A stretch of 55,241 nucleotides of DNA, taken from contig JBOGID010000565.1 of NCBI GenBank assembly GCA_050742295.1, forward strand, positions 1-55,241, in the 5' to 3' direction. This stretch comes from Acidimicrobiales bacterium. GTDB lineage: Bacteria > Actinomycetota > Acidimicrobiia > Acidimicrobiales > AC-14. The notes beneath the pieces were generated by a model, which saw only the letters and a list, made by a program, of their open reading frames with translations, made no database searches and had not been told where the DNA came from. Each line of letters opens with the position of its first letter. The stretch's first letter is position 1. Shown here one piece after another: positions 25,622 to 35,242 of the stretch. Made by a program: the position numbers and the translations under genes.

Positions 25622-27408
25622 TCAGGCCCGGGCCGGGCCGCCCGTCGCCCGGGCCGCCGCAGCGGCCGTCGTCGTCGTGGCCGTGAGGGTGCCACCGCTG
25701 TAGGCGCCCGCCTCGAACAGGCCGAAGGTGCTGGACCCGGTGGCGGTGCCGCCCAGGAAGACCTGGTAGCTGGCCGTCCCGACAGCTCGGCGCTGGAGAG
25801 CACGATGGACTGGATGGACTTGGTGGGGACGAAGGTCAGCACCCCGGTGCCGTCGGTGGACGGGATGTGGACGGGGGTCCCGGCGGGCTGGGAGGCGAAG
25901 GTGCTCAGCAGCGAGCCCTGGCTGGAGGTGCCGCTCGGAGCCATGACCATGCCCGAGCTCCCGGCCCCCACCAGCAATCCACCGGAGATGTTGGACGTCC
26001 CGTCGTAGTCGACGGCGCTGTTCCCCCTGGCCGTGGGCCCATTGACGAGGACGGTCCCGTTGGTCTTGGTCGCCGACCCGTTCACGTCGATGCCGTCACC
26101 GTTGGCGGCGACCCGGAGCGTGCCGCCCGAGATCGTGAGCGTGGGCCGGCCGGCGGCGAAGGTGTCGGTGGCCTGGGCGCCGGGCCGGGCCAGGCCCGAG
26201 CCGTCGTTGCCCCCGGCCACGTTCACCCCGTCGTCCCGAGAGACGAGCCGCACCTCACCACCGGTGATGACCAGGGCCAGGCTCTCCAGGCCCTCGTAGG
26301 ACTCGGTGACGTCAATCGTGCCGCCGTTGACCTCGACGGTGGCGTCGGCGTGCACCCCGTCGTCGCCCGTCTTGATGGCGATGTCGCCCCCGTTGATCCG
26401 CACCTTCTGGTCGGAGTGGATTGCGTCGTCGGCGGCGTTGATGGCGATCGAACCGCCGTCGACCACCACCGAGGCGGTGCCCTTCAGGCCCTCAGCCGAG
26501 GGGGTGGCGGCGACCGTCTTGGTGCTGCCCCCGCCGGCGGTGATGTCGAGCTTGCCGTCGCCGACCAGGAGCTTGGTCACGGCCGAGATCCCGTCGCCGG
26601 CCGCCGTCACCTTGATCGTCCCGGCCTTCACGGCCACATAGCCCTGCTCCGCCTCCTCGGCGTGTCGGCCTTGCGGCCGTCGCCGCCGGCGGTGACGGTC
26701 AGCGAGCCGCCGTCGACTACGAGTCCTTGCCCCGGACGCCGTCGTCGACGGCGTCGAGGGTGAGGGTGCCGTCGGAGAGGACGAGGCCGTCCTGGCTGGC
26801 GATGGCGTCGTTGAAGTTGCCGTCCACCGTGAGCGATCCCTTGCCGGCGATGGTGAGGTCGGCAGCGCTGTAGGGGGCGGCGTTGGGCTCGTCCACGTCG
26901 GCGCTCGGGAAGACGTAGCGGGCGGCGTCGACCAGGCGGTTGGTGCTGCCGTCGGCGAGGACGACCATGGCCTCGTCCGCCTTCATCACGGTGATGGCGG
27001 ACGTGGTCGAGCTGGTGATGTCGGCGCCGTCGAGGACGAGCCGCACGATCCCGTCGGCCGGCGAGTCGACCACGACCTGCCCGTCGTCGAGCCTGCCCGG
27101 AAGCAGGTAGGTGCCGGGCGCCCCGATGGTGATCGTCGAGCCGTCCACCTTGACGGTGGACCCCGAGGCGCTGGCCGTGCGGCCGCTGAGGGTGACCTTG
27201 ACCTCCTCGGCGGTGTCCCACTCGGAGTCGGCGGCATCGAGGTGGTCGGGGGCAGCCACGGCCGCAGTCGAGCCGTCGGTGCCGGAGCCGGAGGCGGAGC
27301 CCGTCGAGTTGAGCCGCCGCCGCCCGAGGAGCAGGCGGCCAGGGCGAGCAGGGAGACGACGCTCAGTGAGAACGTCCGGAACCGGCGCCTGGCTGTGGAC
27401 TTGGACAT
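25622..27408 (-). pseudogene. Cthe_2159/DUF4353-like carbohydrate-binding beta-helix lipoprotein, at least four frame switches
   Basis: AGGAGA precedes ATG 27408. Lipoprotein signal MSKSTARRRFRTFSLSVVSLLALAAC. Repetitive DG[IV]...G.L.[IV] beta-helix-like sequence is spread over ORFs 26986-27456, 26717-27259, 26628-27221 and 24979-26637, plus a final frame ending at TGA 25622-25624. Confidence 0.65.
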
Positions 27409-27536
27409 GGCAGGGCTTCTCCTAATCAACGGGGTGGCCACAGTCTCGAATCCCAACCTGGGAACCAGCCCTGAGCCCGTCCCCAGAACGCCCTGAGTGG
27501 AACCGGCGACTCCTGCAGCCGGGATACCGTGCGGAC

Positions 27537-28376
27537 GTGCGACGGTTCAGATTGGTAGCGATGACGTTGGTAGTGGCAGTCGTGGCGGCGGCCTGCGGCG
27601 GCGGGGACGGCGAGGAGAGCGGCGACGGCGAGGAGCCCACCCTCACCACCGCGGCGGCGGGCACGACCGGGACGACGGCGGCGGGGACGGCCACCACCGC
27701 GGGCGGCTCCGCCACCAACCTCAGCCTGCGCGTCACCGACGTCCGCCTGGTGAACTCCGAGGAGTCCGACAGCGGGATGCGCATCCTGCTTCCCGCCGGC
27801 ACGGCGTCGGCCTCGGTGACCCTCACCGGCGTGCCCTCGCCCAATCGCATCATCTCCGTCTGCCAGGCCCGCGAGCTGGCCAGCCGCCTGAGCGGCGCCA
27901 CCTGCCGCATGCCGGCCAGCGGGGAGGCGATCACGCTGCCCCTCGGCTCGGCGGCGTCGGGCGTCGAGATCATCCAGGTCGGACCGACGGGGTCGGGGCC
28001 GTCGGGCAACTCGGCCGTCGTGGACGAGGTGACGATCCGCTACGCGGCGTCGTCGCGCGACCTGAACGTCCGCTTCCCCCAGATCGCGTCCGGGGACTCG
28101 GGCGGACGCCCGGCGTTCACCCTCACCCCCCCGAGCACGACCGGCACCTACCAGGCAAACCTCAAGTGGACGGTGATCGCCGTCTACGGCGGCACGCCCA
28201 CCAGCGCCCAGCTCGAGCTGGTGCAGGGCGGCAACGTCGCCAACCAGGCTCAGAACAGCGCGTTCGACGTGCGCCTCAACGGCACCGTCTCGCCCCCGGG
28301 CGAGGCCGCCATCCGTGTCCAGAACGGCGGCACCGCGGCCCTGGTCAACCCCACGCTGAACGTCACCCTTCCCTGA
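27537..28376 (+). CDS. Lipoprotein, unknown function
   Basis: GTG 27537. Signal with lipobox MRRFRLVAMTLVVAVVAAAC, a Thr/Gly/Ala linker and a beta-rich body. Confidence 0.6.
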   Translation: MRRFRLVAMTLVVAVVAAACGGGDGEESGDGEEPTLTTAAAGTTGTTAAGTATTAGGSATNLSLRVTDVRLVNSEESDSGMRILLPAGTASASVTLTGVPSPNRIISVCQARELASRLSGATCRMPASGEAITLPLGSAASGVEIIQVGPTGSGPSGNSAVVDEVTIRYAASSRDLNVRFPQIASGDSGGRPAFTLTPPSTTGTYQANLKWTVIAVYGGTPTSAQLELVQGGNVANQAQNSAFDVRLNGTVSPPGEAAIRVQNGGTAALVNPTLNVTLP

Positions 28377-28609
28377 ACCGGGGTCGAGCCGTGCCCTTGC
28401 CGGCCTCCGGTTCCTGACCGCGATCGTCGGCCTGGCCACGGGCGGCCCGGGTACGGACTTGACAGCCTCGTCGACCGGGCAGGCGACGCCCCGGCCGCCG
28501 CCTGCCGCGCCAACCGCGACGGTCCCCGGTCCGGGGCTAGAGGACACCGGCGCCGCCGCCCCCTCTCATCCCGGCGCGCGCCCGCGTTCGGACCTCAAGA
28601 CGCACGCCT

Positions 28610-28640
28610 GACGTGTCGATTCAATGAATATCGTCACGTC
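28610..28640. promoter_or_regulatory. Inverted repeat in the long leader of the GGDEF-EAL gene
   Basis: GACGTGTCGAT-N9-ATCGTCACGTC (10/11 complementary) in a locally AT-rich patch, about 160 nt upstream of ATG 28802. Confidence 0.35.
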
Positions 28641-28801
28641 GGCAGGGAAGGGGTCCCGGGTCGTCCGGCTCGCAGGAATGCCTCACCGGAATGGAGGTGC
28701 GATGAGCCGGTCCCGGATCCCCGTGCAGCGACGGAACCCTCGCATCGCACTGACCACCGTCGCGATACGGTCCTCCTGGTACGGAGCCTGGGAGTAAGGC
28801 C

Positions 28802-31150
28802 ATGATCCTTCCGGCAAAGGTGCGGGCCGTGGTCGCGGCGATGGCGGTCACCGGCGCGGCCACCCTCGCCGTGGCCGGCGTGCTGGCGCCGCGGACGGGC
28901 GTGGGCCCCGTCGGCGAGTTCGTCAGCCTCACCCTGCTGCTGGGCCTGACCTGGGCTTTTCCCGTCCTGGTGCTGCGGACCGAGGAGACCGAGGCCTTCC
29001 AGCTCGACGAGGCGTTCTTCGTCGCCATGGCCCTGCTGCTCCCGCCCGCGGGCGTGCTGTTCGGGTTCGCCACCGCCGTCGCTGCCGGCCTCGTCTTCCG
29101 GCGGCGCCCGCTCGTGCGGGCCGTCTTCAACGTGGGCCAGACGGTGACGGCGACCGGCCTCGGCCTGGCCGCCATGTACCTGATCGCTCCCGGCGTGGGC
29201 ACGCCCCTGACGGCTCGGGTCGTCGGCGCGGCCCTGGCCGGCGCCGCCGTCTTCGCCCTGACCAACAGCGCGGTGGTGTCCGTCATCATCTCGCTGAACG
29301 AGAAGCGGCCGGCCGCCCGGGTGTTCACCGAGGGGCTGGACCTGCGGGTGCTGGTGTGGGCGGGGGGCACGTCCCTGGGACTGCTGGCCGCCATCGGCGC
29401 CGCCGCCAACCCGTGGTCGCTGCTGCTGGCCGCCGTCCCCATGGCGGCGTTGAACCTCATCCTCCGGGAGCACGCTCACGCCCGCCGGGAGACGCGCCGG
29501 GCCGAGGGCCTCCTGACGGTGGCCAACCAGGTCCACGCGGCCGTGGCCCTCGGCAACCTCGAACAGACGGTCGTCGCCGCCACCCGGTCATTGCTCCAGT
29601 GCCGGCACGCCCGCTTCGACAGCGACCTCCCCCGCGCCGGCGAGATCGGGGCGTGGCTGCCCGACGCCGAGGCCATCCGCTGGCTCATCGCCGGCGAGCC
29701 CATCGGCTTCGAACGCCTCGGGAAGTCCGACCGCGAGCTCCTCGAGGTCATCGCCGGCATCACCACGGTCGCCATGGAGAACGCCCGGCTGGTCGAGGGC
29801 ATCCGCCACCGGGCCATCCATGATCCCCTCACGGACCTCCCCAACAAACTCCTGTTCGTGGACCGCCTGCAGCACGCGCTGGCGTCCAACGACCGCCTCG
29901 GCCAGCGCATGGCCGTGATGTTCCTCGACCTCGACCAGTTCAAAGTCATCAACGACAGCCTCGGGCACGAGGCCGGCGACCAGGTGCTGCTGGGCGTGGC
30001 CGCCCGCCTCAAGGCGTCGCTGCGCCAGGGCGACACCGCCGCCCGCCTCGGCGGCGACGAGTTCGCCATCCTCTGCGAGAACGTCGACGACCTCGACGAC
30101 GGGATCCTCATCGCCGAACGAGTCCGGGCCGCGGCGGCGGGCACGTCGGTCACCAAGGGCGGCGAGGTGAGTGTCACGACCTCGGTCGGCGTCGTGATGG
30201 TCGAGCCCGACTCCACCATGTCGGCCGAGGAACTGCTCCAGGCGGCGGACACGGCCATGTACCGGGCCAAGGAGCGGGGCCGGGACCGGGTCGAGACGTT
30301 CGACGACGGCCTCCGCCGCCGGGCCGTGCTCCGGCTGGAGACCGAGGCGACGCTGCGCGCTGCCATCGAGGAGGGTCGCCTGCGCGTCTTCTACCAGCCC
30401 ATCGTGGAGGCGGCCAGCGGACGGGTGGTCGAGGTCGAGGCCCTGCTGCGGGTGGAGACGGCAGCCGGGATCCTGGCGCCCGCCGACTTCATCGAGGTGG
30501 CCGAGCAGTCGGGGCTGATCGCGACAATCGGCCTGCGGGTTCTGGAGGAGGCGTGCCGGCAGGCGGTGCGGTGGCGGGAACGGTTCGGCGACGACGCCCC
30601 CCGCCGGGTCGCCGTCAACCTATCGGCCCGCCAGCTGACCCGCATTCCGGTGCGCGAGGCGGTGCAGACGGCCCTCGCCACCACCGGCTGCCCGCCCGAG
30701 ATGCTTGCCCTGGAGATCACCGAGACCGTGCTCATGGAGGCGGGCCAGGACGTGCGGGCGGAACTGGAAGACCTCCGCAACCTCGGCGTCACCATCGGCC
30801 TGGACGACTTCGGCACGGGCTACTCCTCGCTGGCGTACCTCAAGCGGTTCCCGGTCAGCTTCGTGAAGATCGACCGCTGCTTCGTGGCTGGCCTGGGCCA
30901 GAACCCCGAGGACGAGGCCATCGTCGACGCCATGATCAGCCTCGCCCGGTCACTGGGCCTGTCCACGATCGCCGAAGGCGTCGAGACCACCGACCAGCTG
31001 GCCCGCCTCCGCCTCCTGGGCTGCGACCGGCTCCAGGGCTACCTGATCGCCCGCCCCACGCCGGCCAGTGGCTTGGAGTCCCTCTTCGCCGGCAACGCCG
31101 CGTGGCAGCCCGGCGCCGCCACCTCCGCCACCCTTACCGGCCGTCCGTAA
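28802..31150 (+). CDS. Membrane-bound diguanylate cyclase/phosphodiesterase (multi-TM sensor + GAF-like + GGDEF + EAL)
   Basis: About 230-aa polytopic N-terminus. GGDEF domain (DPLTDLPNK, RLGGDEFAIL) and EAL domain (EVEALLRV, LEITE, DDFGTGYSSLAYLKRFPVSFVKIDRCFV). Confidence 0.9.
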   Translation: MILPAKVRAVVAAMAVTGAATLAVAGVLAPRTGVGPVGEFVSLTLLLGLTWAFPVLVLRTEETEAFQLDEAFFVAMALLLPPAGVLFGFATAVAAGLVFRRRPLVRAVFNVGQTVTATGLGLAAMYLIAPGVGTPLTARVVGAALAGAAVFALTNSAVVSVIISLNEKRPAARVFTEGLDLRVLVWAGGTSLGLLAAIGAAANPWSLLLAAVPMAALNLILREHAHARRETRRAEGLLTVANQVHAAVALGNLEQTVVAATRSLLQCRHARFDSDLPRAGEIGAWLPDAEAIRWLIAGEPIGFERLGKSDRELLEVIAGITTVAMENARLVEGIRHRAIHDPLTDLPNKLLFVDRLQHALASNDRLGQRMAVMFLDLDQFKVINDSLGHEAGDQVLLGVAARLKASLRQGDTAARLGGDEFAILCENVDDLDDGILIAERVRAAAAGTSVTKGGEVSVTTSVGVVMVEPDSTMSAEELLQAADTAMYRAKERGRDRVETFDDGLRRRAVLRLETEATLRAAIEEGRLRVFYQPIVEAASGRVVEVEALLRVETAAGILAPADFIEVAEQSGLIATIGLRVLEEACRQAVRWRERFGDDAPRRVAVNLSARQLTRIPVREAVQTALATTGCPPEMLALEITETVLMEAGQDVRAELEDLRNLGVTIGLDDFGTGYSSLAYLKRFPVSFVKIDRCFVAGLGQNPEDEAIVDAMISLARSLGLSTIAEGVETTDQLARLRLLGCDRLQGYLIARPTPASGLESLFAGNAAWQPGAATSATLTGRP

Positions 31151-31320
31151 CTGACGGTCTCCTGGCTCGAAGGTGTGAGAGCCCGGGAACCTTGACCGCA
31201 GTCCGAGCGCGTCGCGCGGATATCCGAAACCGCCCTCTCACAGCCAGCAATTGCGGGGCGGATGCCCATGCCGCCCACACGAGGGTCAGGAGAGCCCGAA
31301 ACAGGATCGGGATCGCGCGG

Positions 31321-32040
31321 CTATCCATCAGTCGCAGCCGATCGTGTCGACCGAGCCCGATCGTTCGCATCCTCGGATGTCAGCGGCAGCGGCTCGACGT
31401 TGGTGCTGACGGCCAGCAACCTCGGGAAGTACGAGCGTCGACAGGTTCGGGGATTCGGGCAGAGGCAGCGGCTTCTTGTCCGTTGTCGTCCAAGACACTT
31501 GCGTCTGCCTTCGCTCCTCATCAACTGTCGCGACCCAAACCAGGTCGACGCCGAGCAGCTTCCAGCTGGCCGCGTGGAACTTACGATCGCCGAGTCGAGT
31601 CGTCCAGGGATGAACTCGACCTTCGACTGGTGGAAGGCGAACCTCCCCTTGACAATTGGCGCCTCGAGCCGGTGGTAATCGCCGCTCGCCTCGTGGTGAA
31701 GGAGGTAATTGCAGGAGGCGACAGGCGCGAGCAGGAGGAACTCATTCAGGGAATCCCGGTTGGGATCCTCGTGCGCCGCCTTGAGGCAGTGCTCCCGGAT
31801 CGCGGTCAGGTCGTTAGTTCGACACCGAGCCTCCCGATTGGGCCCCGCTCGCTTCCCTCGGAGTCGTACACCCACACGTCTCCCGGAACGCGCTCCCGGA
31901 CCTGTTTGTCTGTGGTTGGCTGGCGCGCAGGCGCGCAACAATCTCGAACTTCTCGGGGCTGAGGGTGACCATGTCGAGATAGAGGTCCCTCACTCGCGGG
32001 TCTCGCGCCGCGTCATCGAAGTCTGGTCGGATCGCATCGA
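31321..32040 (-). pseudogene. Unidentified ORF broken over at least four frames, in a lower-G+C stretch
   Basis: Protein-like segments VDAIRPDFDDAARDPRVRDLYLDMVTLSPEKFEIV, GDVWVYDSEGSERGPIGRLGVEL, DLTAIREHCLKAAHEDPNRDSLNEFLLL...GRFAFHQSKVEFIPGRLDS and KFHAASWKLLGVDLVWVATVDEE follow each other on the minus strand in different frames. No family recognised. Confidence 0.3.
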
Positions 32041-32049
32041 CCCAGCCAC

Positions 32050-32401
32050 CCCCGGCGGGCGGGCTCGGCTGGCCGGGTTGCTCACGGCGGCCGCGCCTCC
32101 GGCGATGGTCGATCACGTCCCTGCCCTCATGTGCGACGTCCGACCGGCGGGCAACCGGCCGATGCTCCACGCTATGGCCGAAGCTGACCTCCGCGACGTC
32201 CTGCCGCGGATCAAGGCGCCGACCCTGTTGCTCTACGGCGGCGCCGGCGAACGCTCCCCGCTGGATGTCGGCCAGGCGCTCCACGCGCAGATCCCCGCGT
32301 CAACGCTCGTGGTCTTGCCCGGGACTGGTCACCTCAGCAACGTCGAGGGAGCTGAACGCTTCAACGAAGAGGTCCGAGCCTTCATACGGACGCGCACCTG
32401 A
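32050..32401 (+). pseudogene. C-terminal ~115-aa fragment of an alpha/beta-fold hydrolase
   Basis: Ends ...DLRDVLPRIKAPTLLLYGGAGERSPLDVGQALHAQIPASTLVVLPGTGHLSNVEGAERFNEEVRAFI, which is the acid/His part of the triad region. No nucleophile-elbow region lies upstream. Confidence 0.5.
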
Positions 32402-32439
32402 CAGCGCGGCGCCTCTCTTCGCCCGATTGCGCCGTGGTG

Positions 32440-32460
32440 CTACACTGTAGTAGCTGTAGT
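32440..32460. promoter_or_regulatory. Candidate operator of the toxin-antitoxin operon
   Basis: CTACACTGTAGTAGCTGTAGT contains the palindrome TACACTGTA and the direct repeat CTGTAG-TAG-CTGTAG. It sits immediately upstream of GAGGAGG and ATG 32473. Confidence 0.4.
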
Positions 32461-32472
32461 GAGGAGGCCGAC

Positions 32473-32886
32473 ATGGCGAAGGGCCAGCCGTTCAGCGTGC
32501 GCCTGGAGGAGCAGACGCAGAAGCTTGTCGAGGCTGAGGCACGGCGGACCCGGCGAACAAAGAGCGCGGTCGTCGAGGCCTTCACGGAGGAGACAGCCCG
32601 CACCCGGCGGTTTCCGGGCATCGCGTTCCGCGGAGACGATGCGCGGCGTCGCGCCTGGGTGATCGGCACAGGCCTCGATGTGTGGGAGGTCATCCACATG
32701 CTGGAGGACTTCGGGTCGGCGGAGGCGCTCGTGGGCGACTCATCGTTGTCGCTTGCCCAGGTGCGTCTCGCCGTCGCCTATCGAGATGCCTACCCGGATG
32801 AGGTCGACGCGGCGGTCGCCGACAACCGCCGTCCGCTCGCCGACGTCGCCGTTCTGTTTCCGTTCATCGACGTCGTGGACGCGTGA
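32473..32886 (+). CDS. Antitoxin-like protein: N-terminal ribbon-helix-helix (CopG-like) fused to DUF433
   Basis: GAGGAGG precedes ATG 32473. RHH-like FSVRLEEQTQKLVEAEARRTRRTKSAVVEAF and DUF433-like RRAWVIGTGLDVWEVIHMLEDFGS...LSLAQVRLAVAYRDAYPDEVD. Confidence 0.7.
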   Translation: MAKGQPFSVRLEEQTQKLVEAEARRTRRTKSAVVEAFTEETARTRRFPGIAFRGDDARRRAWVIGTGLDVWEVIHMLEDFGSAEALVGDSSLSLAQVRLAVAYRDAYPDEVDAAVADNRRPLADVAVLFPFIDVVDA

Positions 32887-32889
32887 GGA

Positions 32890-33240
32890 TTGCGTCTGCT
32901 CTTGGACGCCAACCTGTCACCTAAGCGGATCGGGTCTGCGCTCCAGAAGCGAGGCCACGACGTGTTGAGCCTGGCGTCGGATGCCGCGTTGGGCGCGCTG
33001 GACGATCCGCGGGTTCTGGAGCTCGCAGCCGAGCAAGACCGCATTCCGGTGACTCGAAACTCCCGGGACTTCGCACCAGTTCTGCGGGAGTGGGCCGAGT
33101 CCGGCCGTCATCATGCGGGCTGCATCCTCATCTGGACGCTCGACCACCACGAGTTCGGCGCCATCATCAAGAAGGTCGCCCAGCTGTTGCACGATCGCCC
33201 GGACGTCGAGCAGTGGCGTGATCTCACGATCGCGGTCTGA
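32890..33240 (+). CDS. DUF5615 (PIN-like / Mut7-C RNase-like) toxin candidate
   Basis: TTG 32890 lies 3 nt after the antitoxin stop. MRLLLDANLSPKRIGSALQKRGHDV...DDPRVLELAAEQDRIPVTRNSRDF matches the DUF5615 pattern (LlDenls...GhdV...D..il..A......vT.D.DF). Confidence 0.75.
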   Translation: MRLLLDANLSPKRIGSALQKRGHDVLSLASDAALGALDDPRVLELAAEQDRIPVTRNSRDFAPVLREWAESGRHHAGCILIWTLDHHEFGAIIKKVAQLLHDRPDVEQWRDLTIAV

Positions 33241-33396
33241 CTGGCCGACATGTTCTGGCGCGGCGGCGAGGTCGAGTCGCACGCCCGAGCCGTCGTCATG
33301 GTCGCGGCGCGCTCGCGTCACAGCGCTCCACCAGTCAAGGCCACGGGACAGCGGCGCTGGGACGGGCGGCCCGGTTAGCCGAACCTAACCCAAGGC

Positions 33397-33424
33397 AAAA
33401 GGGGAGGCCAGTGTCGGCCTCCCC
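33397..33424 (-). terminator. Rho-independent terminator of the hydrolase gene
   Basis: On the minus strand: GGGGAGGCC-GACACT-GGCCTCCCC followed by TTTT, starting 31 nt after the stop at 33455. Confidence 0.75.
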
Positions 33425-33454
33425 CCTGCACAACCTTCGCCTCGGAGCCCGGGG

Positions 33455-35008
33455 TCACGACACCAGCTCGGCGGTCCGGGACCAGCTGCACGCGGACCCG
33501 TCCGTGTCCGGCGCCGGGAACCGGCCACGACCCTGGTGGTCCCATGCGATGTCGAGGGCGAGGAGAGCGACGTTCGCACCGACCGCCGCTCCGACGACCG
33601 CCGTCACCAGGGCCACCAGCCCCTCGGTTGCGTTGAACCCCAGCCACGCCCCGACGAGGGCGGCTCCGGCTGCCGCCCCGTACCCCGTGGCCCTGGTCGT
33701 GACGGACCAGTCACGGTTCGTCCAGGCCAGCCAGATCCCGAGGCCGTCGGGCACGCCCACCGAGAGGGCGACGAGCCGTTCGCCGTCGACCGGGACACCG
33801 GGCATGGCCGTCATCACGACAAGGGCAACGAGGAACCACCCGCCCAGCCCGAGGACGACGGGGTGCAGCGTCCGCAGCACCGCACCGGCCGTCGACCCGA
33901 TGCGCCCCCGCTTGTGCACCCGGCGGGCCATCCACGCCAGCGAGATGACGGTGACGAGCGCGAACCCGACCATGGTGCCGAAGACGATCTTGGCGATGGC
34001 AGTCTGGGTCAGGCTCGGGGTGAAGTCGACGATCCCCGGCTTGTAGAGCGAATCGTCGACCTGCCCGCTGTCGAAGAACGTGTTGATCAGCCGCGTGCCT
34101 GCTTCGGGCTGCTCGCCACAGAAGGTGAGGGTGTGCCCGAAGCCGGCCAGCACGACCTGGTGACCGTTCGGCAGGTAGGGAAGCAGCTCCTTGGTGGCCG
34201 CCTGGGGCGGCGTCGCGAAGTCGAGCTCCCCGCCGATGAGCAGCGTCTCCACCCTCGACGTCCGGACCCGGCGGTACCGGGCGTCGTCGGGGCTGACGGG
34301 CCAGGCGTGGCCCAGACGGCCGCCACCCCAGACGAAGTCGGTCAACGCGTTGCCGAGGATCGAGCCCTGGTCGCCGCCGGCCGCGAAGGAGGCGTCCGCC
34401 ACGTGGGCATCCTGGGCACCGATGCCGGCGTACTGGCCCCGGGTGAACATGCCCGGGAACAGGAACTCGCCGGCGAGCGATGCGAGCCACAGCCCGGCGG
34501 CGTCGCCCTCGGCCGCCGACAGCGACGAGTCCAGCGTCGCCGGCCCGTTGACCGGCCCCGCCTTCGTCGTCGACTCCATGAGCCCCAGGAACGCGGCCGC
34601 ACGCACGTTGGCCTCCTCGATGGGCAGGATGCCCCACCGGTCGGGCATGTCCGCCGCGACCCGCTTCATCGACGCCGCCAGGTCGTCGGTCCGCCCGCGG
34701 CAGGCGTCGTCCGCGGCACAGAGCTCGGCGTAGCGGGCGATCTGGCGGCCGGTGGTCTCCCCGTCCCAGAAGTAGTGGCCGGGAGGGTTGACGGCGAGCA
34801 TGACCGACCGGCGGATGCTCTCGGGGTACCGCCAGGCGTAGATCATTGTCGTGCGGGTCCCCGCGCTCTCACTGAGGAGGTTCACCGGGCCGTAGCCGAG
34901 CGCGACCCGAGCCGCCTCCATGTCGTCGGCCTGCTGCGTGAGGCTGTAGCCGGCGAGGTCGACGCGGTCGCCGGTGAGGCGCTGGGCACAGGACCGCAAG
35001 CCGTCCAC
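33455..35008 (-). CDS. Alpha/beta hydrolase (TAP/tripeptidyl-aminopeptidase-like) with a C-terminal multi-TM domain; probably 5'-truncated
   Basis: Nucleophile elbow LLSESAGT sits only ~45 aa from the first possible start. Late acid/His region LLIGGELDFATP...AGFGH, then about 170 aa containing 4-5 TM helices. The upstream frame has a TAG near 35083 and no signal peptide or oxyanion region. Confidence 0.6.
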   Translation of the reverse strand: MDGLRSCAQRLTGDRVDLAGYSLTQQADDMEAARVALGYGPVNLLSESAGTRTTMIYAWRYPESIRRSVMLAVNPPGHYFWDGETTGRQIARYAELCAADDACRGRTDDLAASMKRVAADMPDRWGILPIEEANVRAAAFLGLMESTTKAGPVNGPATLDSSLSAAEGDAAGLWLASLAGEFLFPGMFTRGQYAGIGAQDAHVADASFAAGGDQGSILGNALTDFVWGGGRLGHAWPVSPDDARYRRVRTSRVETLLIGGELDFATPPQAATKELLPYLPNGHQVVLAGFGHTLTFCGEQPEAGTRLINTFFDSGQVDDSLYKPGIVDFTPSLTQTAIAKIVFGTMVGFALVTVISLAWMARRVHKRGRIGSTAGAVLRTLHPVVLGLGGWFLVALVVMTAMPGVPVDGERLVALSVGVPDGLGIWLAWTNRDWSVTTRATGYGAAAGAALVGAWLGFNATEGLVALVTAVVGAAVGANVALLALDIAWDHQGRGRFPAPDTDGSACSWSRTAELVS

Positions 35009-35242
35009 ATAGGCGTTGAACGACTTCTCGCTGAGGACGTCGGTGGAGCGCTTGAGCGCCGACGTGACCTGCCACGGAACCTACGGACGGGGCCGCCCGG
35101 CGCCGTCGTAGGAAGGCCGGATTTCGCACTCGGACCAGCCGACGATCCGAAGTCCTACCTGGGTAGGAGGCGCCCAAGGAGGGCCTGGAATACCTTCAGC
35201 ACGTGAGTCGGATGGGACCCGTGGCCCGGCGATTCGGGTTCG

